From positions 5,008-69,007 of the forward strand of contig JANXAJ010000004.1 in NCBI GenBank assembly GCA_025062295.1: a stretch of DNA of 64,000 nt, read 5' to 3'. Origin of the DNA: Bacteroidia bacterium (lineage in GTDB: Bacteria; Bacteroidota; Bacteroidia; SpSt-205). The translations under genes were made by a program, and so were the position numbers. Each line of letters begins with the position of its first letter. Positions within the stretch are counted from its first letter, which is position 1. Under the pieces are notes generated by a model that worked only from the letters and a program-made list of their open reading frames with translations, searched no databases and was not told where the DNA came from. Below are positions 10,596-20,596 of this stretch, piece after piece.

Positions 10596-11128
10596 AAGTC
10601 CGCAAAGATAGGGAGATAAAAGCTACGAATTGGCTTCCATTCTGAAAAAAAGGACTGGTATGCCTGTTCTATCTCTGAAAGGGAGATGCTCGTTGGAAGG
10701 GGTCCTCCTCCCAAGCGCCAGAAAAGCTCCAAAAGAAAGGGACGGATCTGAAGATGAGGCTGATCGCTTCTATCTAATCTAATAAGCTGCCCCCTCACCC
10801 ACTCAAATAAAGAAGGATCCGGGGCTCGCAGACATTGACTCATCCATTCTAAAAGTAAAATTAATACTCCGGTATGCTGAGCGCTCTGGAAAAACCGCTG
10901 ATAGATATAGTCCCATTCTGCTTCTACGAGGCGCTGCACCTCACGATGAGGGCGCAGCCGTAGCGTTACGTAAAGCAAAGCTCCTGGTAGAGGCGTAAAG
11001 GACCTTTGGCCATGAGCGAGCGCATGTACTGTCCCCTCTGTTTCAGTGTGGAGGTGAAGAATCCAGCTTCGTTCCCGAAATGGATATCGCCGCAAAACCA
11101 GCGCACGGGTTTTGACTTCCTGACTCAT
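10592..11128 (-). CDS. RecO-like DNA repair protein (short form)
   Basis: N-terminal OB-fold pattern (TRALVLRRYPFRERSWILHLHTETEG) followed by a helical region. Only ~178 aa with a single Cys, so there is no zinc-finger C-terminal part. Start set at ATG 11128 (MSQEVK). 4-nt overlap with dxs. Confidence 0.5.
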   Translation of the reverse strand: MSQEVKTRALVLRRYPFRERSWILHLHTETEGTVHALAHGQRSFTPLPGALLYVTLRLRPHREVQRLVEAEWDYIYQRFFQSAQHTGVLILLLEWMSQCLRAPDPSLFEWVRGQLIRLDRSDQPHLQIRPFLLELFWRLGGGPLPTSISLSEIEQAYQSFFSEWKPIRSFYLPIFADL

Positions 11129-11622
11129 GGCAAGGTGGGAAGGATATAGCAAGGGACCCATTGTGAAGCCAAGGTCAAATCCTGCCGAAGCTCTTGATCA
11201 GCCTCCATCCACACCTCAATCTCCTCATGGGATCTAGCGAAGAGCCGCTCTGGCACTGTCCGCTCAGGAAAAAAGTAAGTTACCTTCTCTATCACTCCTT
11301 CCTCACAAAGATATGCCCGCAGTCGGCGTATATCAGCCTCATTTGCATCTAATACTAGTGAAACGACATTGTGTAGGAGCTCATGAAGGGGATTATGAGT
11401 CTGGCTGGACATGCACAAGAGACTCTCTAAAAGAGCGGGATAGCGACTTAGAGGTATCCACCGATTCGGAACGCCAACCTCTGAGAGAGCAGCACTCAAA
11501 TGCTTTGAAGCTTGAGTGGCTCCTTTACCTACACATGCAAAGAGGGCTGGCTCAGAGAAAGACCGAATTCGTCGTCGCCAATAAGCTGGATTCGTGGCCG
11601 CTACCACATAAAACCGCAGCAC
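11125..11622 (-). CDS. Hypothetical protein (orphan)
   Basis: 165-aa ORF sitting exactly between the PorZ-like stop (11623) and the recO-like start. No recognisable motif. Confidence 0.4.
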   Translation of the reverse strand: MLRFYVVAATNPAYWRRRIRSFSEPALFACVGKGATQASKHLSAALSEVGVPNRWIPLSRYPALLESLLCMSSQTHNPLHELLHNVVSLVLDANEADIRRLRAYLCEEGVIEKVTYFFPERTVPERLFARSHEEIEVWMEADQELRQDLTLASQWVPCYILPTLP

Positions 11623-13866
11623 TTAATCCACAACAATAATTTTGCCCAGAGCGCTGCGTTGTCCCTCCCTATCAAGAGCGGCGATAAGATAAATGCCAGG
11701 AGAGACTTTCTCTCCGCTGATTGTGCGTAAATCCCATACTGCCTGCCCTCCAAAAGCTTGAAGATAGCGAACCATCTGCCCATCTACTGTTAGAATCCGT
11801 ACCACGCTCCCCTCCGAGACTCCACGAATCCCTACCCATCCTTCAAACCGACGAGAGACTGGATTCGGAAAAATGTAGAGAGTATCTAGCTCAGCTGCAG
11901 GGGCTGTGGTCCAGTCACGATAGCTGACTGTCCCCTCTGCTGTGATGAAAAAAATCTCACCAGTTGTCTCCCATAACCGAATTCGGTAAATCAGGTTAGC
12001 AGGGAGTGGACTGTTTTCCATGTTGAAATTAGCAAGCTGACGGCTTCCATCCGCACTGAGTAGATAGACACCGCTACTGGTAGTCCCTACCCATTTGCGA
12101 TTCTGCCCATCCACAGCAATATCGGTGATACTCTCTTCTTCTAAGAGATAGCGATTCTCAATCACAGGTAAAGAGATAGAGATATTCTCGCTGAAAGGAT
12201 CGCCATACAAGATTGCTATACCTTTATCTGTTCCCAGCCATATTGCCCCACCTCTGTCGGGAGCTAACACTTGAATTCGGCTACTTGGCAGTCCGGGGAG
12301 CGGGCGACCTCCGCTTCCGAATATCACTATCCGATACTGGTTAGGTTCTAAGCCCCTTCTGTCATCTATAACCGCAATCTTCCCTCCGCTCAGAAGAACC
12401 CATTTATATCCCCGAGTATCCACCCGAAGGGAAATCACAGGGTCTGATATAGGCAAAACATACCAGCGGTTCAAAGAGCGGCTGTAACAAAGGACATTTT
12501 GAATCCCATATCGCTTACCTACCCACACATTTCCAGCTGGATCTATAGCAAGAGTAGAGAAGCCTAACCAGCGAGGTTTTCCATTTTCATCAGGAAAAAT
12601 CCCATCAAAAGGCGCATTATAAGCAGTAAAGGTATCTACTTCTCCTGCAGGTGTGAGACGAAGCACATATGCAAGTGCTAAAATCCAAGCTCGGGACCCA
12701 TCCCAAGCCGCTTCTGCCAAACCCCCAAAGCTGAACCCAGCTAACTCAGAGAGCTCATATTTTATTCCCTTTTGAGCCCCATGTGGATAAAATGTGATTA
12801 CGTTTCCCCACCCAGGTCCCCAGAAGCCAGTGCCATCATGTAGAAAAAAGAGCCCTTCTGGAGTAGGAAGCACCTCTGTTACGCTGCCAGCCTGAAGGCG
12901 CTGAAACTCCTGAGTATAGAGAAGTTGATTTGGAGAAGCGGCATGCCCCCCGGTCCATACGCTACCCCACGCCACGTAATCAGCATCAGGGCTCATCCAT
13001 AGAGCTGAAGGACCTGGATTCCATCGCCGATGAATCCTTCCATTTATGCCGAAGTAGAATACATCTGTAGTATCAGCCGCTATAGCCCACCCACCCCCTT
13101 CACCATAGATGCGAAAGACCTTTTTCCCACCAAGAGGAGGGGGAAGCTCATAGGGTTGCCACTCATCAGAAGACCACCTATACAACTGTCCCTTATATGC
13201 AACTAAAAGTCCCATCGGCGTCTCTGCCCATCCCTGAAAGTATTCTACAGTATCCAATATCCCTGAAGAGGAGGTTCGCTCCCAAGGACCTGTCCATGGT
13301 CGGCCTTCTGGGAGTGCGTACAGTCCGCCCTCTAAAAGTGCCCACACCCGCCCATTGCTGTGGAATACTCGCCGTACAGGCTGAGCAAAAGGCTGTCCAG
13401 CAAACTGGCTTATACTCGCCAGCACTTGCCGACGCCGTTTGCTCCATATCACCAGACCGAAATCTGTCGCTATGTACAGAGTATCTCCCCGTGCATGAAA
13501 ATCTCGGATAGCCTTAGAGGTATAAAAAGGATTAGCAGCGATATCTCGCAAAGACTGAAGAGCTGAGGGGGAAGGGCCGTACTGCACCTGCCCGTCTGCA
13601 TATCCGATAAATATCCATTCGGCATAAGGGTCTCCATACAGAGCCGTGGGACGATTAGAAAGCAGTCCCCGAGTCCTATCAAGCTCCAAATAACCCCCGT
13701 TTTCTCCATCCAAAAGGACTATTCCCTCTTGACTCAAAAACCAGAAGTAAGGCTTGACATAAGCAACCTGCTGAATAGAACCATGATAGGCATATGAAGC
13801 CCACTGTCCAATCGGAATTGTACCCTGCGCAAAAAGGGTGCCCAAACAGACACCCACCCACTTCAT
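11623..13866 (-). CDS. Two-propeller secreted protein with T9SS CTD (PorZ-like)
   Basis: Signal peptide MKWVGVCLGTLFAQG. Repetitive beta-propeller-like W/G-rich blades of the two-component-regulator-propeller type. The C-terminus LYIFPNPVS...GIYLIAALDREGQRSALGKIIVVD fits a T9SS CTD. The size and architecture match PorZ. ATG 13866 is preferred over TTG 13875, which lies inside the -7 box. Confidence 0.6.
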   Translation of the reverse strand: MKWVGVCLGTLFAQGTIPIGQWASYAYHGSIQQVAYVKPYFWFLSQEGIVLLDGENGGYLELDRTRGLLSNRPTALYGDPYAEWIFIGYADGQVQYGPSPSALQSLRDIAANPFYTSKAIRDFHARGDTLYIATDFGLVIWSKRRRQVLASISQFAGQPFAQPVRRVFHSNGRVWALLEGGLYALPEGRPWTGPWERTSSSGILDTVEYFQGWAETPMGLLVAYKGQLYRWSSDEWQPYELPPPLGGKKVFRIYGEGGGWAIAADTTDVFYFGINGRIHRRWNPGPSALWMSPDADYVAWGSVWTGGHAASPNQLLYTQEFQRLQAGSVTEVLPTPEGLFFLHDGTGFWGPGWGNVITFYPHGAQKGIKYELSELAGFSFGGLAEAAWDGSRAWILALAYVLRLTPAGEVDTFTAYNAPFDGIFPDENGKPRWLGFSTLAIDPAGNVWVGKRYGIQNVLCYSRSLNRWYVLPISDPVISLRVDTRGYKWVLLSGGKIAVIDDRRGLEPNQYRIVIFGSGGRPLPGLPSSRIQVLAPDRGGAIWLGTDKGIAILYGDPFSENISISLPVIENRYLLEEESITDIAVDGQNRKWVGTTSSGVYLLSADGSRQLANFNMENSPLPANLIYRIRLWETTGEIFFITAEGTVSYRDWTTAPAAELDTLYIFPNPVSRRFEGWVGIRGVSEGSVVRILTVDGQMVRYLQAFGGQAVWDLRTISGEKVSPGIYLIAALDREGQRSALGKIIVVD

Positions 13867-13872
13867 ACTTAG

Positions 13873-13880
13873 CAAAAGTA
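13873..13880 (-). promoter_or_regulatory. -7 promoter box TACTTTTG (PorZ-like operon)
   Basis: Perfect TAnnTTTG, 6 nt before ATG 13866. Confidence 0.55.
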
Positions 13881-13966
13881 AAGACTCTGAGTGAGGATGT
13901 ATTTGAGTAGTGGAGTGTCCCCTGCGAGCTCTGGTACTTTGTTCCGGTTCATCAGTCTCTCATATC

Positions 13967-14974
13967 TCAAGCAGAAGGGCCCTTCGGAGATGCCGTCAGG
14001 GATCGCCCTTCCGGGAGTTGGCGCCAGCTCCACTTGCGCCGAATCACGCCATCCTCTAAATAAAGAGCTCCTGCTGATGCCCGAAGCATCGCTTTGAGAA
14101 CTGTCTGATCTTGAGGAGCAAAACATACCCTGAGACTTTTTTCCTGTGCCCACTGCATCCGAATCTCAGGAGGCGAAGCCGTCACCCCCACTACTTTTAC
14201 ATCAGGAGGAAGAGTCTCCAAAAGCCGTCTCCATCGCTCCACCTCAACCTCACCCAGCTCCTCTAAGCGAAGGGCAACAAGCATTACCACTCGCCCAGAC
14301 AATTCATCTATCCGACATTCTGTGTACCGGGTGGAGACATAGTCTGTGATTTGCGGTATTCCCCTTGCATCTGGCTCTAAGGCTTTTTTTAGATTTTGCC
14401 CTACATGATAAGGAAGAAAGTCAATCGCGGGAAGATAAAGATAGAAATACAGAGTAAGCCCCGTCACCACTCCACTCAAGCTCCATGCTACTGGAGCTAA
14501 TAGCCGAGCCGGCACCCATGGACGAATTTCTTCTCGCTTGAGGAATATATATCCAATCACTGTCAGCAGGACTATGTCCTTACCAAAAGACTGCCAAGGG
14601 GTCAGCCTAATGGCGTCTCCGAAACAGCCACAGTCCGAGACTGCCTTCGTAATAGCGGAGTAGCCTGTCAAAAAGGTGAAAAAAACAATCATCAAGAGAA
14701 GACTCCAAGCTGTGAAATCCCTCCAGTACCCCAGTAGAAGAAAGAGTGCCAGGCTCGTTTCAAATACAGCGATACCACCTGCGATTCCTATGCTCCACTC
14801 ACCGAAAATCTCATGAAATGGAATACCACTATGCTTGTAAAAGACCTCAAAGTATTCGTCCAGCTTGTAGGCAAAGCCGCGAATATCATTCACCTTCACT
14901 AGACCCGATAAGGTGAAGAGAAGCCCCACGAAAAGCCGTGAGAAAAGAAGGATCGTGTCCCTTTTAGCGCGCAT
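13967..14974 (-). CDS. DoxX/MauE-family membrane protein with thioredoxin-fold-like C-terminal domain
   Basis: The N-terminal half has 4 TM helices (LFSRLFVGLLFTLSGLVKV, CGCFGD motif typical of MauE/DoxX). The soluble C-terminal ~130 aa has no CxxC. Start set at ATG 14974 (MRAKRD), overlapping the rny stop by 11 nt. Confidence 0.6.
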   Translation of the reverse strand: MRAKRDTILLFSRLFVGLLFTLSGLVKVNDIRGFAYKLDEYFEVFYKHSGIPFHEIFGEWSIGIAGGIAVFETSLALFLLLGYWRDFTAWSLLLMIVFFTFLTGYSAITKAVSDCGCFGDAIRLTPWQSFGKDIVLLTVIGYIFLKREEIRPWVPARLLAPVAWSLSGVVTGLTLYFYLYLPAIDFLPYHVGQNLKKALEPDARGIPQITDYVSTRYTECRIDELSGRVVMLVALRLEELGEVEVERWRRLLETLPPDVKVVGVTASPPEIRMQWAQEKSLRVCFAPQDQTVLKAMLRASAGALYLEDGVIRRKWSWRQLPEGRSLTASPKGPSA

Positions 14975-16679
14975 AAGCAATGCTGCGTTTTTCTCGGATG
15001 ACAGTAACCTTAATTTGACCTGGATATTGCATTGTGTTCTGAATCTCCTCAGCCACTTTTTGAGCAATCGAGTCAGCGGCCTCATCAGAGACTTTGTCGC
15101 TCTCCACTAGTATGCGCAGTTCTCGTCCTGCCTGAAGGGCAAAAGCTTGGGTCACCCCCTGAAACTTCTTCGGCAGCGCTTCCAGCTCTTGGATTCGCTG
15201 GATATATTTTTCAACGCTTTCGCGTCTGGCTCCTGGACGAGAGCCGCTGATCGCATCAGCAATCTGAACAATCGGAGCAAGAATCGTGGTCATCTCTATC
15301 TCATCGTGATGGGCACCGACAGCATTCAGCACTTCGGGATGTTCCTTGTGGCGGCGAAGAATTTCCATCCCCAGGAGTGCATGGGGCAGTTCGGGGTTTT
15401 CTTCCGAGACTTTGCCAATGTCGTGGAAGAGAGCGGCTCGCTTAGCAAGGCGAATCTTGTCTTTCGGAAGCCCGAGCTCAGCAGCAATAAGCGCTGCTAA
15501 CCGAGCTACCTCCTTGGAGTGATGTAGAAGATTTTGCCCAAAAGAAAACCGAAAACGCATCTTACCTACTAGATCCCGAATTTCGGGAGCCACATTCCGA
15601 ATATCTAAGCTCATGAGGGTGCGATGTCCCACTTCCCGAATTTCTTGCTCCAATTCCTGTTCTACTTTCTTAGCAACTTCTTCTATGCGGGCGGGGTGGA
15701 CTCTGCCATCGGCCAGCAACCGCTGTAGGGTGCGGCTGGCTATTTCTCGGCGGATGGGATCATGACACGAGATAACGATTGCACCTGGGGTATCATCTAC
15801 GATAATCTCAACCCCTGTTAGAGCCTCTAAGGTCCGGATGTTGCGTCCTTCCCGACCGATAATGCGCCCTTTGTGTTCATCGCTCTCCAAGGGGAAGGTC
15901 GTAACGCTATGCTGGAGAGCCTGCTCCACGCCGACTCGGGAGAGGGTTATGGCGATGATTCGTTGAGACTCCTCTACGGCTTTTAGGCGCGCCTCTTCTA
16001 AAATCTGCTGAATCTGGGCATGCGCCCGCGCCTCTGCCTCTTGACGAAGGCTCTCTATCAGATGCTGGATAGCTTCTTCTCGGCTCATGCCGCTCACCTC
16101 CTCCAGACGCTGCTGAATGAGGAGTTCCTTTTCGGTGAGCTGCTCTTCACGCCTCAGAAGCTCGCGCAGCCGATACTCTTGCGCTTCTCTCTGCTGCTCT
16201 AATCGCTCAAAGTCTTTCTGGAGCGCAGCTAACTGAAGCTGAATCTGCTCTTGGCGTCGGTTGATAGTCTCTTCCAGTGTCAAGAGTTGCTTATGCCTTT
16301 CCTCTACCTCACGAAGGCGAACCTCAGCCTGTTCTCTAATCAACTGTGCTTGAGCATGAGCCTCTCTAATCTCCTGGGACAGACGCTCACGCACTTGCCG
16401 CTCCGCTTCCTTCTCAGCTGCATGAAACTTCCGATTAGCTTCCTGTAAACGATGCTGAGCCTTTTGCTCTAAGCGACGAAGGCGACTTTGGGTCTCCTTC
16501 TCCCAGGATTCTAACTGCTGACGATGGGACAATTCCTCCTGTTGAAGACGCTGACGATGCGCCTGCTCTTCTTGCTGAAGTCGCACTCGCCAACGGCGTG
16601 CATAGAAGTAAAATCCCGCATATCCGCTCCCTATACCAATCAAAAGCCCTACTCCGATTCCTATGAGCATGCTCATCAT
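14964..16679 (-). CDS. rny: Ribonuclease Y
   Basis: N-terminal TM helix, a long E/Q/R coiled coil, a KH domain (GRIIGREGRNIRTLE) and an HD domain (HHSKEVARLAA..LFHDIGK). Confidence 0.9.
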   Translation of the reverse strand: MMSMLIGIGVGLLIGIGSGYAGFYFYARRWRVRLQQEEQAHRQRLQQEELSHRQQLESWEKETQSRLRRLEQKAQHRLQEANRKFHAAEKEAERQVRERLSQEIREAHAQAQLIREQAEVRLREVEERHKQLLTLEETINRRQEQIQLQLAALQKDFERLEQQREAQEYRLRELLRREEQLTEKELLIQQRLEEVSGMSREEAIQHLIESLRQEAEARAHAQIQQILEEARLKAVEESQRIIAITLSRVGVEQALQHSVTTFPLESDEHKGRIIGREGRNIRTLEALTGVEIIVDDTPGAIVISCHDPIRREIASRTLQRLLADGRVHPARIEEVAKKVEQELEQEIREVGHRTLMSLDIRNVAPEIRDLVGKMRFRFSFGQNLLHHSKEVARLAALIAAELGLPKDKIRLAKRAALFHDIGKVSEENPELPHALLGMEILRRHKEHPEVLNAVGAHHDEIEMTTILAPIVQIADAISGSRPGARRESVEKYIQRIQELEALPKKFQGVTQAFALQAGRELRILVESDKVSDEAADSIAQKVAEEIQNTMQYPGQIKVTVIREKRSIAYAR

Positions 16680-16954
16680 ATGTCGGGGGAAAGAAAATGA
16701 GAAGGAATTAGGCTCTCTATTCGCTGGCAGAAGTCTGCATACAGACGAAGGTGATTTGTCAGTAATTCAAGTAGGCTTAGCAGTCCCATGAGCCAATGAG
16801 TAAGCTCATCCAGATGAGCATGCGTCTGACGAAATTCATCAGCCTTTTGGCTAATGAGCGTCAGATACTCATCCAGCTGCGCTATCGTCTGGGGCGACGC
16901 CTGAACTGTCAGTCGTCGCCCCAATATGATCCATGTTCGAGTCTCTTCTGCCAT
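16676..16954 (-). CDS. zapA: Cell division protein ZapA-like
   Basis: 92 aa with the ZapA-like start TWIILGRRLTVQASPQTIAQLDEYL. Located immediately upstream of rny (4-nt overlap), as is usual in Bacteroidota. Confidence 0.55.
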   Translation of the reverse strand: MAEETRTWIILGRRLTVQASPQTIAQLDEYLTLISQKADEFRQTHAHLDELTHWLMGLLSLLELLTNHLRLYADFCQRIESLIPSHFLSPDI

Positions 16955-17141
16955 GCGATAGAGCGAGTTGTATTTTCTCTCGTAGGCTTACGAGTCGCTT
17001 CTTCAGACGCTCTCGCTGCCTACGCTGAGCCAAAATTAGCGCATTTTGGTTATTCAAGGCTTCTTCACACGCCGCTTGCCACCGCCGAAGCCCCTCCTCT
17101 ATCCGTCTCAAACGAGCCTCAATCTCCAGAAGGGACTCCAT
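16869..17141 (-). CDS. Small coiled-coil protein (hypothetical)
   Basis: 90-aa ORF. The first ~60 aa are heptad-like (LEIEARLRRIEEGLRRWQAACEEAL..RQRERLKKRLVSLREKI). The last ~28 aa overlap zapA by 86 nt and look like read-through. Confidence 0.35.
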   Translation of the reverse strand: MESLLEIEARLRRIEEGLRRWQAACEEALNNQNALILAQRRQRERLKKRLVSLREKIQLALSHGRRDSNMDHIGATTDSSGVAPDDSAAG

Positions 17142-19347
17142 AGACTTGATTCTCTGGATGAATATCTAACGAAATTTGCCACGGATCCACCTCTACTCGC
17201 TCCACAGGTCGGCGGGTATAAAAGACCTTGAGTAGAAGGGTCTGGTCTTTTGCCCAGCTCTCGGCTGGAAAATACCATAGCGAACTGCCCCCTCCCCTGT
17301 AGGTGAGCTTGACCCATAGCGGCCATACTTGCCCTCCCCAATTACGAAAGAGCACTCGGACTTCATATACCCTCTCCTCTGACTTGAGGAACTTTTCGGC
17401 AGCGGCTTTCGCTTGGTCAAAGGCAGCTCGCTTTTCCCTTCTCTCCGCCTCATATAGAGCTCTATTTGCCTGAACGTACTTATCTACTACAGAAGGATGC
17501 CGATCTACATAAAAACTAGCTCCTACCGTGTCTCGAGCAAGCCACTCCAAATACCTATAAGCAGCCTCCTGCTCCTCTGCCAAGAGGTGCTCTCTCAGCT
17601 GACGATCTATCAAAATTCTCTCCTGAATCAGCGTATCTATTCCAATATCCACGGCTTTAGTATCTAAAAACCATCCTTTCCAAAACCAACCCAGTTCTTG
17701 GGAGACAGCATTTGACACCACTCGGAAGAAATCCCAAGGTTCTGGGTGCTTGAAGGCCCAAATTCGGGCATAGCGCTGGAAAGCCGTATCCATGCGAGGA
17801 GGATCTAAAATGTATTCTCTGAGAGTTTCTAACCCCGCAGCTACTTTGAGATAAGCATTTGCGCCCATCTCTCGAATGGAGAGAGGGTGAGCTAAGATAG
17901 ACTGGCTGCGTCCGCTGGCTATGTAGTCGCGCACTCGCTGCCGCTCTGCTTCTTCTTCCTTCTTCCGAAGGAGAGGCTCAAAAGTGCGCTTAGAGAGATT
18001 CTCCAAGTAGGTATTTAGTCCTTCATCCAACCACATCCACCGCCGCTCATCTGAAGACACAATCATTGGAAAAAAATTGTGTCCTACTTCATGAATCACA
18101 AGAGAAATGAAAGCATGCCGTGCAGCTTCAGTGTAAGAGCCATCCTTCTCTACTTTCTGACGCCCACAAAAAACTATCATTGGATATTCCATCCCTCCTA
18201 CTCCCCCATAGGTTACACTCATGCTCGGATAGGGAAAAGGAATCGTGTAGCGACTATATTCATGCAGGGCATGCTCAGCCGCTCCCACTGCTAAATACTT
18301 CCATAAGGGAGCAACTTCAGAAGTATAGAAGGACTGCAGAAGCGTCGGGTGAGAAGTACCGGAGATACGGGTATAGCGCACCTCCCAGATGTACTGCCGA
18401 CTGGCTGCAAAGGCAAAATCACGCACGTTCTCGGCTTTGAAATGCCAGACACTTTCTTCCTTCTCTACCTGAAGCGGCACCTCAGAAGAAGAAACAACGA
18501 ATACTGTACTATCCCATCCAGCCTTTCTCCAACGCTCCAACTGAGGAGGAGAAAGAACGGCTTCAGGATTGAGTAATCGCCCAGTAGCCGCAACTATATA
18601 CCCCTTAGGGATGCGAATAAAGACTTCAAAGTCCCCAAATTCAGTGGCAAATTCGCTCGGTCCATAGTAAGGCATTTTTTGCCATCCCCGAATATCTGTG
18701 AGAAGGACAGGGCGAGGATAGTATTGAGCCACCTGATAAATCGGTCCTTCATCGGTAAGCATATATCCGCCACGCCCTTCTACGAGAGCATCATTGAGTC
18801 TAAACTGCCAGCTCATACGGAGGACGATTGTTTCTCCTGCACTCAAGCAGCGAGGAAGGGCCACTTCCATCAGGGTCTCCTCTATGCGATAGGAGAGAGG
18901 GGTAAGCCGACTACCTTCTTCCCAGGCCAGCTCAAGGAGGCGAAAATCTGCCTTTTGATAGTTCTCCAATTGACGAGCGTAGAGTTCAGCTCGCCGAGCC
19001 CGACTGCGCAAAGCATCTCTACGAAAATCTTCCCATAAAAAATTCCGACTCAAGTGTCCATAGCTGCGAAGGCTAAAGTAATTAGGTTCTATAGCCATCC
19101 ATAAGTAGCAGATGGAGAAGGGAGCATTATGAGTATAGATGAGCCGAGCCGTCCCCCGAAGCTGATGCGTCTGGGGGTTTATGCTGATTTCCATCTGATA
19201 GTCAGCTCGGTTTTGCCAATAAGCTGCCGAAGGCGTGCCGAAGGGAGTGCGTGAAGGGGATGGTGATGGAGCGTAATCCTCCAGCGGTTGAAAAGGATCC
19301 CCTTGAAAAGCAGTCTGGGCAAACACTAAAAGCACAAGAAAACCCAC
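17119..19347 (-). CDS. M1-family (gluzincin) metallopeptidase, secreted
   Basis: HEVGHNFF..(18 aa)..WLDEGLNTY is the HEXXH-X18-E motif of the M1 aminopeptidase-N family. Short hydrophobic N-terminus. GTG start. Confidence 0.85.
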   Translation of the reverse strand: MGFLVLLVFAQTAFQGDPFQPLEDYAPSPSPSRTPFGTPSAAYWQNRADYQMEISINPQTHQLRGTARLIYTHNAPFSICYLWMAIEPNYFSLRSYGHLSRNFLWEDFRRDALRSRARRAELYARQLENYQKADFRLLELAWEEGSRLTPLSYRIEETLMEVALPRCLSAGETIVLRMSWQFRLNDALVEGRGGYMLTDEGPIYQVAQYYPRPVLLTDIRGWQKMPYYGPSEFATEFGDFEVFIRIPKGYIVAATGRLLNPEAVLSPPQLERWRKAGWDSTVFVVSSSEVPLQVEKEESVWHFKAENVRDFAFAASRQYIWEVRYTRISGTSHPTLLQSFYTSEVAPLWKYLAVGAAEHALHEYSRYTIPFPYPSMSVTYGGVGGMEYPMIVFCGRQKVEKDGSYTEAARHAFISLVIHEVGHNFFPMIVSSDERRWMWLDEGLNTYLENLSKRTFEPLLRKKEEEAERQRVRDYIASGRSQSILAHPLSIREMGANAYLKVAAGLETLREYILDPPRMDTAFQRYARIWAFKHPEPWDFFRVVSNAVSQELGWFWKGWFLDTKAVDIGIDTLIQERILIDRQLREHLLAEEQEAAYRYLEWLARDTVGASFYVDRHPSVVDKYVQANRALYEAERREKRAAFDQAKAAAEKFLKSEERVYEVRVLFRNWGGQVWPLWVKLTYRGGGSSLWYFPAESWAKDQTLLLKVFYTRRPVERVEVDPWQISLDIHPENQVYGVPSGD

Positions 19348-19351
19348 AAAA

Positions 19352-19359
19352 CAAATGTA
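19352..19359 (-). promoter_or_regulatory. -7 promoter box TACATTTG (M1 peptidase)
   Basis: Perfect TAnnTTTG, 4 nt before GTG 19347. Confidence 0.55.
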
Positions 19360-19481
19360 AGATTCCTCCTGCGTAGGAGATGTCCTTTATTCTTCAGAAG
19401 CTGCCCCGCCTCAATCCTAACCTCCCCACTGTCAGTAAGGATATCCTTGGTAAAGGCTACCTAATCTTCTTCCTACCTTTC

Positions 19482-20333
19482 TCAAAAGCGAGGGACGGCT
19501 GTAACGCATAAATGCCACCCAAACTGCCGCTCAAGTAGACGAAACAGCCATTGAGGCATCCACCGGAAATACCACACCTTGACATATCGGTACTGGACAT
19601 AATCAGGAATCCTATATGGAAAAATATGATCCACCCACATCTCTTTGACATCAAAGTCCGCTTGGCTCAGAAGAGCCTTAATCTCTCTACGCGTGTAGGT
19701 GTAAGTTACAGGGGAGCCCTCTTGAGCCTCCGAGTAGCGAGCAATCCACTTCTCTGCCTCCCAGAATCGTCCTTTTGCATACTTGAGGAGAATCCAAAAG
19801 ACCTTCCACGAATAGCGGTGATAAACCATGATTTTGAGTTCGGTCTCTGGATGAGCGTACTGACGGAGCTGAGCAAGGGCTCGCTCTGGGTGAGGAGTAT
19901 GATGAAGCACACCAAAAGAATAGATAAGGTCATACGGCTCAATGGAAACATAGTCCGAGAGCTCCTCTACATTCCCCCAAACGAATTGAATCCGATCCTG
20001 AAGTCCATACACCTCCGCCCTTTTCTGAGCAATTTCCAAAGAGCGTTCTGAAAGTTCCACAGCCGTTACAAAAGCACCATGACGAGCGAAATTGATAGTA
20101 TCTGTACCGATGCCGCATCCAATCTCCAAAACCCTCTTGCCCCTCCAGCGAGGAAAATCTGCAAACCGAGGAATGTGTGGCTCTACGAAGTACTTTCTTG
20201 CCTCTACTTCATCAAAGTATTCCTTTGTCCCGAGAGGCTTCGGCGAGTGACGGATGTTACAGGGTCTGTCATTCCAAAACTTCCTTACTCTTTCTATCGG
20301 GACAGCTTCAAAAGTAGGGCTATGGCTGGCCAT
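19482..20333 (-). CDS. Class I SAM-dependent methyltransferase
   Basis: Motif I VLEIGCGIGTDTINFARHGA, followed by post-I and motif II spacing typical of Methyltransf_11/25. Confidence 0.8.
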   Translation of the reverse strand: MASHSPTFEAVPIERVRKFWNDRPCNIRHSPKPLGTKEYFDEVEARKYFVEPHIPRFADFPRWRGKRVLEIGCGIGTDTINFARHGAFVTAVELSERSLEIAQKRAEVYGLQDRIQFVWGNVEELSDYVSIEPYDLIYSFGVLHHTPHPERALAQLRQYAHPETELKIMVYHRYSWKVFWILLKYAKGRFWEAEKWIARYSEAQEGSPVTYTYTRREIKALLSQADFDVKEMWVDHIFPYRIPDYVQYRYVKVWYFRWMPQWLFRLLERQFGWHLCVTAVPRF

Positions 20334-20340
20334 GCAAAGG

Positions 20341-20348
20341 CAAATATA
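20341..20348 (-). promoter_or_regulatory. -7 promoter box TATATTTG (methyltransferase)
   Basis: Perfect TAnnTTTG, 7 nt before ATG 20333. Confidence 0.55.
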
Positions 20349-20596
20349 CGACTCATCGCCCTGATTTCAAGGATCCAATGACCTCATCGTTTCGCTCCTA
20401 TCACTGAGACCGAGACCTAAAGACGCCCCTTAAGCAGACCTCAAAAGAATAGTGAGGCAAGCTTCATAAGTGCTAATCTCAAAACACATTGCTAGTCCTT
20501 CTCTTCATTAGCGGAAAGAACCCTACTGGACAACCAGCTTATCAATGGCTCAAAAACCCTCTCCCCTCTTAGGCAACTGAGTCTGTACTGGTGAGC

